This document shows, piece by piece, positions 1-11,704 of a stretch of DNA of 64,000 nucleotides (positions are counted from its first letter, which is position 1; each line of letters starts with the position of its first letter). Made by a program: the position numbers and the translations under genes. The notes beneath the pieces are model-generated. The model was not told the origin of the DNA and did no database searches. It saw nothing but the letters and a program-made list of their open reading frames with translations. The stretch is from contig NMRA01000393.1 in assembly GCA_002633005.1 (NCBI GenBank), positions 56,706 through 120,705 of the forward strand, written 5' to 3'. The stretch comes from Phoronis australis (taxonomy: Eukaryota; Animalia; Phoronida).

Positions 1-71
1 TGTTGGTGCTGAGGTGGCGCTCCAGTCTGTTGGTGGTGAGGAAACTCCAAGGGAAGCATTTCTACATTCTG
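1..71 (+). CDS. Internal exon (5'-partial) of an unknown gene, VGAEVALQSVGGEETPREAFLHS
   Basis: Open frame from the window edge to donor G|GTACAT (phase 1), phase-compatible with the exon at 789. Confidence 0.5.
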
Positions 72-449
72 GTACATGTAACTTTTATATTTAATATGTC
101 TTAATTTCTGCGCATGATACAACATAGGGACGAAATGCAATGGAATATATCAATTTTTAAGCCAAATGTTGGAAATCCAGGCGAACAAAAAATATACAAC
201 TTTTCAGACAGGCACAAAAAGGGAATGAGTGGAAATTCCCTTTTTAAAATGTAAAGTGTTATGAGTGTTTGAGACTGTAAAGTCCCAGTGTGTATCACAA
301 TGCAAACCTGACACACATCCCCATGCAGAGGTATCAAGGCATGATCATATGATGTTATCCTCACCCAGAGGGTACCTGAGCCTGGTATTGCAATTTCACT
401 TGAGGTTACCAGGTCCCTTGTCTTGACTAATCAGCCAGGAGAACCAGGT

Positions 450-600
450 CCTGATCTTGGCCTTTGATAGAGGGTACTGCAGTGTGGTCTTGGCATCTTA
501 GAGATGGTAGCATAGTCTGGTCTTGACCTCTCCGTGAGGGTACCAGAGTGTGGTCTTGTCCTCTCAGAGAGGGTACAGGAGTGTGATCTTGACCCATTAT
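450..600. repeat. Degenerate 33-bp tandem repeat, about 4-5 copies
   Basis: Recurrent gagggtac...gtgtggtcttg at 33-nt spacing; 11-aa periodicity in ORF 431..649. Confidence 0.65.
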
Positions 601-788
601 AGGAACTTAAGGTATCTGAGACTGGTGTAACCTGGTTCCCGGGCCTCACAAGCTGACATCACGGATTGCTTCTGGTGTTGGCTCATTTGCCTGGAGTCAC
701 AGAATTTGTGTCTGTTCTTATTTTATTTCATTCTGGATATGATGTCCCTATCAGTGGCAAAGATTCTCTATTTCAATTTTTATTGCAG

Positions 789-847
789 ATGCCACTGACC
801 GATTTCATTTGGGAAAGATAAGGAAATTAGATTGCAATGAAACTGTG
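789..847 (+). CDS. Internal exon of the unknown gene, (D)ATDRFHLGKIRKLDCNETV
   Basis: Acceptor ttttattgcAG, strong donor GTAAGT; phase 1 in and phase 0 out link it to exons at 1..71 and 2684. Confidence 0.6.
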
Positions 848-2683
848 GTAAGTTTTTTTAATTACTGTAGTTTTAAAGAAGTTCACTCTTTTACTGAACT
901 CCATAGAAATTGCGTGGAAAAGCATGAAGGAACTCACAATTAGAAGATTTCATGTTTGAAAGTTGCAACAACTTTTTATGATTTTGGTAAAAATATTAAG
1001 AAAGTTTCTGTCCTGCACGCAAGCAAAGAGAAACTATAAATGCAATCAATGTGTGTAGCAGAATGCTGGTTCTTCTGCTATGCTCGTTTCTGTCTTTCAT
1101 TTATGCCAGTACTCGATTTGGCGACCTGCAGCTTGCTAATGCGACTTCAGATTGTGGTTGGCAACCGTGGAAAAATCGCAAGTCACCACAGCGAGTGCCT
1201 TAGTCAGACAACATTTCACTGTACATTCCAATCAAAGTTTGTGGTGACTTCTAAACTTTAGATTAGTAACACAGTTTTCTAGGTTCAGAACCTTAGGTTC
1301 ACAGTATTGTTCTATTATTTTGTGAAATCAAAACGGTAATTTTGTGAAATCATTACGGTAATTTTGTTCCAAGCAAAACCATACATTCCATCAACTTGGA
1401 CAGATGAAGACACCACCTGTCCATGTAATGCAGTATTTCCCCCCAAACATGTTGGGAGAGTTTTTTTATTATTTTTTGTGAATCTGCCTGTGAGTTACAA
1501 ACATGCTTTTATTTGAAATAATAAACGTGTTCCCTAGAAATTTTCAAAATTGCCAGACGGGTCATCATTGCTTTATTAACTGAATTTCATGATTTCCTAT
1601 AAGTGTCTTTCTGCTGCTGTGTTGGGTTAATTACGACTTTACTCAAGCGGTTGGGTATGGGATATCTTTTCTATAAACAGTGCAATGTTGGCCCACTGTA
1701 TGCGATCTGACTACATGATTTGGGAGCCTTACTGAATAATTGCAAGGTTCTGGAACATGGGGTGACAAGTGAGAAATGGGCGGTCTCCTCTATATTTATT
1801 TCTGTGTCTTTGCCCATAGAAAGGCTCCGACTTCCATCAAGTTATTGCCTGAGACAGTCAGTCATTCAATGAAGCACAAACCATTGCTGAGGTGAAGATA
1901 TGGGATGGGAACAGCCTATAGTTATCTCTGTAGTTGCCTGCATGATTTACATTTAGGCAAGATACAAACACTGACATCTTTTTCTACTTCTCAATTTGAG
2001 ATCATCACCTGTTTAACTAAGTGAAGCTTCAAAACGCCCAAAGAGAGATTTCCCCCTCCCCCGACAAGTATTGCTTCACCACCTCATTCCTCTCAAAAGC
2101 CAGGGGGAAACGCTTCATTTTTGCCCGTTCTTTGCCACTTAGTGGCAATTTTACTTTGAGGATCTTTTTGTGTTTCTATCGACAGAAACCTGGCTGATGC
2201 AGATTTTGGATAGTAACTGTTATCGATAAAGTTTGGAAGGTGTAGGCTGATAGAGGCAAGGGATATAGGCGAATAGAGTTTGAGGTGTAGTTTGGGAGAG
2301 TTTACATAGTGTAGGCTGACAGCTTGACATTCCATTTAACAGTTGACAATTTCAAGGACATATTGAAACATTTGAGATCTTAATTGATGTTTGGGTCACC
2401 TGCAGTCAGAAAATGATTAAAGTAAAATATTTACTGCTGTACTTTTACAGCTTTATTTCTATCCTCTGAACATGTTTACCAATTTTCCAAGAGAAGTGTT
2501 TATGCAAAACAGCATAATTCATTCAAAAGTGAGGGGTGCGTTCACAATGTATACATGTATGTAGGTTTGTAAAGATGGGTGGGGTGTAGGTAAAGTTTGA
2601 GGGTTTTCAGGTGATAAAGTTTGGGATGTAGGCTGATATACTGACAGTGTTGTTACAATTAGCTTTATATTTATGTTCACCAG

Positions 2684-3289
2684 GCAATCTCTAGGTCACC
2701 TGCTAACACCAAGATGATGAGGTGCCAACTACATTCATATCCAAAGGACAAATCAGCAAAGCAACTGTCAAACAAGTCAAAGTTCCCAGTGTCTGCTGAT
2801 GTGGCCTGTCAAAAGGCTCCAATCAAACATCCCGGTAGTGATTCCTGCTTGCCTGGTGATGTTCTAGCTCATCACAGCTTTCAACAAATGATGGATGGTG
2901 GTAGAGCTTATCAACGAAAAAAGTTCTTTTATCCAAAGTCTAACCGGATTAAGAAAGATTGTCCAACAGTTATGATAAATTCAACATATGAAAAGGTATC
3001 AGGCCAGGATGGTTCCGAATTCAGTGGAAATACTATAGGACAAATGTGTACACCAGCTTCGTTGAAAAGACCCGCTCCCGACACGATTGCGACTGCCTCT
3101 GATCACGTAAAGACAACTCCCCTGAAATTGTCATCGTCGTCAAAATCAATTCCGACTATGTTTCAGTTTGGTTCAGGGAAAAAGGTTTTTGTATTGAAAA
3201 CAACTTTAAAAAAGGTTGAAGGAAGTGTTCGATTAGAAGAAGATGAACCAGAATTAAGTAATAAGCACACGCAACATGATCTGCGATAA
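2684..3289 (+). CDS. Terminal exon of the unknown gene; low-complexity region with a C-terminal BRC-like motif
   Basis: Acceptor ttatgttcaccAG in frame with the 191-aa ORF 2714..3289; contains FQFGSGKKVFVLKTTLKKV. Confidence 0.6.
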   Translation, partial: AISRSPANTKMMRCQLHSYPKDKSAKQLSNKSKFPVSADVACQKAPIKHPGSDSCLPGDVLAHHSFQQMMDGGRAYQRKKFFYPKSNRIKKDCPTVMINSTYEKVSGQDGSEFSGNTIGQMCTPASLKRPAPDTIATASDHVKTTPLKLSSSSKSIPTMFQFGSGKKVFVLKTTLKKVEGSVRLEEDEPELSNKHTQHDLR

Positions 3290-3461
3290 GCAGACGTAAC
3301 TTGGTGGATCAGGGATGTGTTGGATCTCTGGAATATGGCTGGAGATAGAGCTGACCACCTGATTGCCATCTTCACGGCATGCATGCCTGGGTGATCTCAC
3401 TGCCATCTGAAATGCTTCAATGTATTCTGAAGTTGTACTTGTGTAAATGCATTTCACAAAA

Positions 3462-3702
3462 CATGTGGATGGTTGGAAGGGCAGCCATGTGGGTGGGTGG
3501 AAGGGCTGCCATGTGGATGGGTGGAAGGGCAGCCATGTGGATGGGTGGAAGGGCTGCCATGTGGGTGGGTGGAAGGGCTGCCATGTGGATGGGTGGAAGG
3601 GTTGCCATGTGGATGGGTGGAAGGGCTGCCATGTGGGTGGGTGGAAGGGCTGCCATGTGTATGGATGGACGGGCTGCCATGTGGGTGTGTGGAAGGGCTG
3701 CC
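3462..3702. repeat. 24-bp G-rich minisatellite, about 10 copies (ccatgtggRtgggtggaagggctg)
   Basis: Directly visible; 8-aa periodicity in overlapping ORFs. Confidence 0.95.
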
Positions 3703-5309
3703 TTAGGTCCATCCTCAATCCACTCATGATGTTACATGTGCTGCTCATAAGGGAGTGTTCACATCTTACATCAATCAAACCGTGTCACTTTTTACCCCCT
3801 TCACCCGTCATCACGATATATATACCCCCCTGTCCAGCCTGTGATTATGCCATCACAGCCACTTTCCTTGTTCAGGTAGGGATGTAGTCATGTACATGTC
3901 GGTGTACATGCTTATGGTAAGCCTAGTGAAAGATCAGATCTTTGAAGTGTGAAACAGCAGCTCCTGGTTTTGGAGTTAAGTCATTACCCAAGAAGGTGAA
4001 GGCAGTTTCCCAAAGATATGTACTGTGATGGAGATATTCTAATAAACCACATTATGACGTCACCATGAGTCTAACTCCCCTCCCAATCATAAATTATCTT
4101 TTTGCAAACCTCCTCCCCCCTCGAATGATAAGGTAGCATGTGAACATTTCTCCTTATTTTGGTTTTATGGGCGAACAATAGTATAGAATGTGAAGCTTAA
4201 AGGTTGAAGGAGCTGATTACAGTGTGAGAGACTGAAGCACAAATTTTAATTTACACACGTTTTTAGTCTTGATGTCATAGATTCCTCAATCCCTATCAAT
4301 TTGCAATCAAGTTCTAGCATTTCAATAAGTCCTCCCCTTCCATCTGTGGTAAATGAAGGCAGGTGGATACACAAAAAATTAATTTTGATTGCTTTTTACA
4401 TTTTTATATCATCCTAATCTTTAATTCTTGATGCACAGTATACTGAAAAAAATAAAATCATTCTGAAAATCCAAAGTTGTTTTTTTTAATTATATATGAC
4501 CAAGCTTCAGTAACTCATATGGCTTGAGTGCTCATCAGCTCAGTGGGCGGAGCTTATACCAGGACACTAGCTCTAATCTAACCCTGTCAACAAACACTGC
4601 GTAACCGGGCAATCGAGAGTGCTGTCATTACCAGCTGATATTGATGTAGCAAGGCCAAGTATAACATAATTTTATTTTTGACCATGTGAAAGTTGGTGGT
4701 GAAATGGTGAACTAGCTCCTGTTCCGAGCCTGAGCCTGTTTGTCCATCTGCAAAAAAAAATAATTTGCGTACGCCAAGTCCTACCGAAAGCCATCACTGC
4801 TCTCAGCTTGAGGAGTCGGTGCAGAAATTGTGCGTGTGCAAGAGTAGTCGGAAAGTGAGGTGTCTTGCGAGAGGACGCCGAGCGTCGACGTGGGTGGTGT
4901 TGCACAATTCGATGAGAGTGCATGCACGAGCTGTGAAGACACACCGGGCGCGAGACAACTACGTGCCGTCAGAGTAGAGTTTTTGGAGATAAACCGTGCT
5001 TCTGTGCTAGGAACGCGCCATGGAGAAACTAGGCTGCTAAACTCAGGGGATTTTTTAACTTGCCGCCGGCCGTAACCCAAAGAATTAGAGAAATGATCTA
5101 GTGTTCAACATGACAAAAATGAAATTGCTCTTGTGCATAGATTCAAACGTATCCCTGAATAAAAACTTACGATTTTAGTGGAAAATCATATAAGAAACTT
5201 TGGTAACTTGAGAATCTCACCCAAGCGACGCTATTTGTGCTGAAAGTGTTACTTTCTCATCTCCATGTCCATTCGGTCAACATGTTGGCGGTACAGGCAC
5301 GTGAAAATG

Positions 5310-5361
5310 TAGGCAATGACCATCGCCTCTGTTGGCCAACAGAGGCGATGGTCATTGCCTA
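5310..5361. mobile_element. Perfect 52-bp palindromic insertion with 9-bp TSD (TIR-only micro-MITE)
   Basis: taggcaatgaccatcgcctctgttgg|ccaacagaggcgatggtcattgccta flanked by gtgaaaatg at 5301-5309 and 5362-5370. Confidence 0.85.
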
Positions 5362-6660
5362 GTGAAAATGTCGAACCACTACGACAGTAGGCCTAGTTCT
5401 TTATCCTCGTCGCCAATATTGTTATGTAGATAGTAACGCGGCGATTTAATGTAACACATATATTGGTTGATGAAGAGACGGTAACTCCATATAATATTGG
5501 AATACTATAAATACAGTTAGAGAGTCTTTTACCATGCTGAGTGGAGAGTTCAGATGAGTCGCATAAACAATCAACACATGGTTTAATGATGTGTGGTCGG
5601 CACACCAGTACAGCAGACAATAGATCAACGCTAAGCTCCGCCCACGTGACAGCCATATTTGTTTTGGTCGTCTGTCGTGCTTCACAACTTCACAAAAATG
5701 ATTAAAATTCCGCTGTTAACAAACAGGTATGTCACGTTTTCTAAACATGAAGTAAATACCAGCCTTATATCTAGTAAATCAACAGAAATTGGAACATAAT
5801 GACCGCGCATTCTGAACGAATCTTGACCTCAAGTGGCAATCGATGCCTGTTCAACACGTGGGTCATTTTTTACGAAATTGTAAATTATTTTGAAATCCTC
5901 TAGGACTGAAGCAAAATCGCGTGCCAGGGTTTTTTTGATACATGGACTAGATTTTTAGTTATTAGACGGAAAGTGCCAAATGATAGAAAGTGGCGTGCTT
6001 CCCCCAACTCGCACGCAAAAAAGCCACAAAATCAAGTTCATAATGATTTTGTACATTTATTTGGTATGGATAAGTAGAATATTGCATAAGGAAACATTTG
6101 ATGACAATCCCTGTGCATTTTGAAAAAAGAATTCGAGGAGGTAAAATTGGATTTTTTGAAAAGTAAAAAATAAGTTTTTTTAAAACAACGAACAATGAAA
6201 ACTTTTTTTGGATTTCTGTCTAACTAGTTAAAAACTCCTTTATACTTATTTTAGATAGGAACCTGGATATTTGACCAGTGTATACATCTACCTTAAGATC
6301 AATGTTGAGAGATGTGACTAGTCGAAGTAGTTTCTTTAATATATTCATCTCAGTTCCCTTCCCTATCCACAGATGAAGTGGGAAAAGTTGCCTGATGCTG
6401 AGCACGTGATGTGCCACAGATAAAAAGGAGGCCTGAAAATTATCAGCATTGTAAGCAGAATGTGTAGACTACTGATGTTGATTACTCTACGCATGAACTT
6501 TTCTTCGCATGAACTTTTCTTCGTAATATTTGAATATTTCTGTACACAAAGAAGACAAATTAATGGCAGATGGGAGCTCTAGAGTGCTTTATTATCGCTA
6601 GACACAATGGCATCAGAACTTATTAAAGAATTTGAATTGCACTATTAAAATTCTGCCAAA

Positions 6661-7067
6661 CCTGGGCCCGGTCTCCAATCTTTACTCGAAATGGAACTCG
6701 AAATTAGGTTTAGCATTTTCTACTCTACTTTTGGGCGAACTCAAGATAAGTGTCTATTATTCTATGCCCGAGTACGCAATAACTTACGTAGATAATTTAT
6801 TGCCCTTAGTTCACAGTTTGTAAACCCAATATTAAAGCAATAAGTTCGAGTTTGAACTCGAAATTTCGAGTTTTTACTCGAGTTTGTAGCACGAATATAA
6901 GGGTCTTCAAGGGCAAACTTGAACTAGAAACTCCTATGCATAAACTATAGTGTATTCGAGCACAGTCTGATAACCAATTATCTTAAGTTCGCACAAAAGG
7001 AGCAGAGAAATTGCCAAAAATAGTTTCGAGTTCATTTCAAGTACAAAGATTAGAGAGCGGGCCCTGG
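6661..7067. mobile_element. MITE with long imperfect TIRs (PIF/Harbinger-like, CWG TSD)
   Basis: ggcccggtctccaatcttt...gcgaactcaagataa is mirrored by ttatcttaagttcgc...aaagattagagagcgggcc; ctg on both flanks. Confidence 0.75.
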
Positions 7068-7970
7068 TCACTTATGTCAAACTTAAAACACAGTAAATGT
7101 AACATTAAATTCACCAAAATACAAATACATATTTCCTTCTGTAACAAAGTCCGTTTGCAAGCAAGCATGCTTTAAATTCCAAACCACAAGCTTGCAGTTA
7201 CCCAATGAGCAAAATTCAACAAAAATGTTAGCCTTGGCGCAAAGCTATATACTGAATATACATGTATTTTGATGACAGTCTTCATACAGCTAGCTAGTAT
7301 GCCTGACGTGTCCTATATTCTAACACCGGTACTTTTTACAAACAGTTGCCATACAATCTATAAATACGTACAGACAGTGACCAACAAATGAAGACAGACA
7401 CCAGGGGCAAAAATGATTCCATGAATGGACCTCTAAACTTCCAACTAGAATCTGAAACGGCCAATTCCCAAACCAGCAAACACCTAACCCGAACACAATG
7501 TACTTCAGGTCTACAGTTTGGCGAATGGTTGTGAGTTTAGGAGCGCGGGTATTGAATTTGCACAACAAATTTGGCATTTGGTAGTTAGACTGGGATTGGT
7601 CTCGAAGACCAACGCTGAAATTTAAGAGTCGCAGCCATAGAATCGTTTTAATCCCCTGGATACACAAATGTTGAAACAAAATGAACATAAATCACAAACA
7701 TGAGTTTTAAAGCTACATTGTCCCTTGCTGAACTGGCTAAAACTGCTAATCGAATGAGGCTTTTTACTCTCATAAAACCTTTGTCTTGTCAATATTCCTT
7801 GTCATAACAGCATTCTACTTCTGCATCAGTTAGCAACTCAGTTACAAGTGCAACTTTCAAATTTGCAATTTTTGTGTTGCCAACACCAATTCTGAAGCTT
7901 TTTAACAAGTCGCTGATGGTTTGTTCTTGTTACCATAGAAATGGAAATGGCATCCTATTACATAAGAAAT

Positions 7971-8269
7971 AATAAATCTATTACTGGACTGACGGTACGT
8001 GGAGATGGCTACGTTGCGTCCTCCTCTCGAGGACTTCATCAGGCCACTGAGTTGTCACGTGACTTGTCATGTGATCCGTCGTAAAGTTTCCGTGGGATTC
8101 TCTTCAGCGCCCTATCCCATGTCCTAGGTAAGTGAAACCGCAGCCCCCCCCCGTCTATTGAGGCTAGGATTCTCAATTCTCTCGTAGATAGCTTCTTTGA
8201 CCCCTCTCCTCGAGAGGAGGACACAACGTAGCCATCTCCACGTACCGTAATTCCAGTAATAGATTTATT
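7971..8269 (-). mobile_element. Penelope-like retroelement 3' fragment with inverted pLTR
   Basis: C-terminal peptide GGGLRFHLPRTWD typical of the PLE GIY-YIG tail; 63-bp inverted repeat 7971-8033 / 8207-8269 with 3 mismatches; hammerhead motif at the stop codon. Confidence 0.75.
8006..8046 (-). ncRNA. Minimal type-I hammerhead ribozyme-like motif (GAAA changed to GCAA)
   Basis: Minus strand tggc-CTGATGA-a-gtcct..aggac-GCAA-cg-TA-gcca: stem I, core, stem II and a minimal palindromic stem III. Confidence 0.6.
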
Positions 8270-9460
8270 GATTCTTATACTGTGACCCAACTGGATGACT
8301 GAGAACATTCATCGTATTAGCATCCTATTACAGTTAGCCAAACAGCATCTTATTACAGTTGGCCAAATATGAAAGTGATTTTGTGAGAGTAAAAGGCTCA
8401 ATTCCATTTTCGTTAAGTTTAAAAGGTGAAGCAAATTATTTACTGCAACTTTTCTAGAATGATTTCTGTGCAAGGCACGCCTATGTTTTACATATTTCAC
8501 GATTTTAACAACATGCACCAGCACAAATATCTCACAAGTCTGTATTTATTCACAATGACACATCTACGATATCACAAAAACCTAGTTCCATATTCCACCT
8601 TAATGAAAATAATTATTTACACCAACCTCATAATCATCAACTGTATGTTTTGACTCTTGGACAATAAATAAACTTATTCCTATCCACGGTAATTAGCCAT
8701 CTATTCAGCAGGCAACACATAAGATAATTGAAATTTTATTTTTTCCACTTCTACAAGTTTGTTAACAGTTAACTTTGTTAATCAGCATACAAGAATTACC
8801 ATATCTCAGGTTGTCAAACAATATAAATACAACAATCACATCATTGTCACTGGAATAACCCAGTCTTCAAACATACAAAGTCATTAAAAGATCCAAGTAT
8901 TGGAGTGTTTAAGTGCACATACCTAAGTACACACACGTGCCCCAGTCACTCCATATCAATTACATTTGACTATGATCTCATCGTCAGGGTTTTCACACGC
9001 ATCTCTACCAATCGAGTCCAACAGTCATCATTATACACAAGGCTGGGCTCCATGGACCAAAGACAAGCTTGTTTGACAACGTGCCTGACATGCAATGCAT
9101 GGTTGCATGATCTGTCTACACAACTCAGGCAAGGGTGTACTGAACCATGGGTATTTGCTGTTGTTGATAGATAGGGGTGAGTATCTACCTTCATACCGAT
9201 AGAAGTTGCTTACAGAAAATGTCATGTGGGCAGCAGGTGAGCTGACATTGACACTGTTTTACAGTAAACAACTGGTAGCAGCCTTGGTATATTGGTAATC
9301 TCGGTTGTTGTCGATAACACCAATTCATCCATTTTGAAAACAAAGCTCACAAAACTTCTGTATGTTACAATCATAAAAAATCTGGAGACAATAGCATGGA
9401 ATTGAGAGAGGGTGAATGGTAGCGATGGAGAGAGGGGAATGGTGGCGATGGAGGTAAAGG

Positions 9461-9655
9461 TTATTCCTTCTTCAGTCTTGGAGTAGTCATCATGTAGATA
9501 CTGTCCTTACCATTATCCATGTTCCACATGCAGTAACCAATACCAAACACAGCTACAGCCAGTGTCAACATGGTCCACAAAATGATGTTGAACATTACTG
9601 GGAAATTTTCATCATAACTGGTTGCTAAGTTTAGTTGAGTTTCAATTGCAGAAGC
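9461..9655 (-). CDS. ATP6AP2: ATP6AP2 exon 8: transmembrane helix and cytosolic tail
   Basis: LNLATSYDENFPVMFNIILW...MWNMDNGKDSIYMMTTPRLKKE* matches the renin-receptor C-terminal signature; acceptor tttttacAG. Confidence 0.96.
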   Translation of the reverse strand, partial: ASAIETQLNLATSYDENFPVMFNIILWTMLTLAVAVFGIGYCMWNMDNGKDSIYMMTTPRLKKE

Positions 9656-9824
9656 CTGTAAAAACAAAGGACACGTGTTGTGGTGCATGCAAACTTGATG
9701 AATACAAGACAACTCTCACACAATAACAAACTCTCAGTTCTGACAAATCCCAAAAATCACATCCATTTTGGCTACGAACCAATTTGAGACTAATGTATAA
9801 GTGGTCTAAACCAATAACTTGGTT

Positions 9825-9945
9825 CTTGAAAGGGAAGGCAGATTTGGAGCTGCTTTTAAGTGCAACTTGAGAGGGAAGGCAGGTTTGTGCTGCTTTTAAG
9901 TCAAACTTGAGAGGGAAGGATTATTTGTGTTGCTTTTAAGAGCAA
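9825..9945. repeat. 40-41-bp tandem repeat x3 (ATP6AP2 intron 7)
   Basis: cttgaRagggaagg...tgcttttaag recurs at 9825, 9866 and 9906. Confidence 0.85.
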
Positions 9946-10882
9946 TTTGCATACCAATTCCTTATCTCTGCGATTGCTTGTTCAATTTAGTTAGAAGCAC
10001 AACACATAGCGACAATGTGGATATGAAGTAGGTTTTAAGTGGCAAATGTCTTTTAAGAACGAGTTTTGTGTCAGAAATGATCTGCCATAAATCACTCAAT
10101 CGTATCCAGTAAGTATCGTGACATGGTGTTGGGGAATAACAATGCCTGATGCAGGTTATGTGAGCCCTCAAGGTACGTCATTAGTTCAAAGGTCACCTAT
10201 CTACAGAACTTTTTGTTTTCACATTCACAAGTTGACAATGAAGACAACTGCACTTTGTTTAGCACCGATGATGTTCAAATATCATTGTCGTTTAGTTCCT
10301 GCTATACATTAGCATAGTTAGGAGCAAGCCATGCAAATACATCTTTAAAGAACACAAAAGATGATGCTATAACATTATACCAAAAACATGGAAGAAGCCC
10401 TCTTTAGTTTTTTTCTTTACTGCCACTCCTGGTTCTTAAAAAACTGACACATTCATTATAAGCAAATCATTTCACAATGAAATTTCTTTAAATGATGCAA
10501 AAAGAAAAATTTTCTCAAACCAAACTTTCTAAGTGGTCCGAAGAACATCATCACATTCAAGACAAATTCCTGAAAGCAACTATTACTCTGGTTTCCCACT
10601 GCTAAGAAATGCTGCCATCAAAGAATGAAAGATTAATGCAGAGAACATCCTTACTCTGACTGGAGCTAATGATAGCTATTGGCATGACCACCAGAGGGCA
10701 TACCAATACGTGACTGCCAGGTATGGACCAGTTGGCCTTTAGTAGCACCTATTCATCCACACTTATCTTCAGTCGCAATTCAAGCACTAATGAGACAATG
10801 AACCAGAAGATACGGATGTATTTAAACATGGAAGCTACAGACCCTCATGACCGATACTGTTAATCCAATTACTGTCACTTAC

Positions 10883-11008
10883 TGCTTGACTTGCTTCTTC
10901 TGTTGCCAATAGGTGTCTCCCTCTCCTGGACTCTTCATGCTCCCACGGCAATGTTATCACTTCAACAACTACAGAGTTGTTATAAATACCACAGAAGTGC
11001 TTGGTAAC
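10883..11008 (-). CDS. ATP6AP2: ATP6AP2 exon 7, contains the RRGR/RHLL processing site
   Basis: VTKHFCGIYNNSVVVEVITL...RRGRHLL; acceptor tttttctcAG, donor GTAAGT; 126 nt, phase 0/0. Confidence 0.93.
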
Positions 11009-11143
11009 CTGAGAAAAACAGGGAAAAGATAGGGTTAGGGGAGAAAGCTTACAGAATATTGCTGCTCTAAATGTCTCAGTCATATACATGGCTGTTTTAC
11101 TGGTTACAACAGCTGGTACATTGTCGGCAGTAATATATGTCAA

Positions 11144-11430
11144 AGGAGAATGCCACCGAAAAAAAAGTATTTTGTATCAAATTGAATTTAAATCAAGTAG
11201 TTCCACTCGATAACTGCAAGTTTAGTTCTTTTAACCGCCACCAGAGAGCAGTTGGTGGTGCTGAAATTAACCAATGACATCATAGGATTTAACACAGTCT
11301 GTTCAGTGGTTCACTGTTGAATGTTGTTTAACATGGTTTCTCATTGGTTAATTTAATGTAATGAAACTGACGTCGTAACATTCAGTCATTCCCATTGATT
11401 GAAATCTCGGAAACCCCTTTCAGTTTACAG
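11144..11430. mobile_element. Kolobok-related non-autonomous fragment (right end not defined)
   Basis: aggagaatgccacc...tattttgtatcaa...gtagttccactcgataac matches the left end of the element at 49721; 11330-11400 matches 48925-49000 inverted. Confidence 0.6.
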
Positions 11431-11704
11431 TTTTGTAGTATGGCGACCACCTTTGACTTGAATAAATGCAGCAATTTATTAAAACGGATCGAAGTAAACA
11501 AAATCAAAGGAATCCCGATCCAGTGGCTTAAACCCAAACAAGTTAGTGTATAGAGGCATATGCACGTGGTAGTGTTGTGATCGGTATATTTCTGATCAAG
11601 GCATGCATATTGATGCCCACACACAGAATTCTGTTTGTCGATCATCAAGTTTCCACAGGGCCACTTTTCAGTAGGCCTATAGGTGGTGCTGCGTCAGAGA
11701 GTAG

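Noticed and set aside
3254-3887. Several overlapping repetitive ORFs (HVDGWKGC, WQPFHPST and others)
   Set aside because: By-products of a stop-free 24-bp minisatellite.
4672-5080. Cluster of GC-richer overlapping ORFs
   Set aside because: No family motif recognised and no consistent splice chain; likely a decayed transposon interior.
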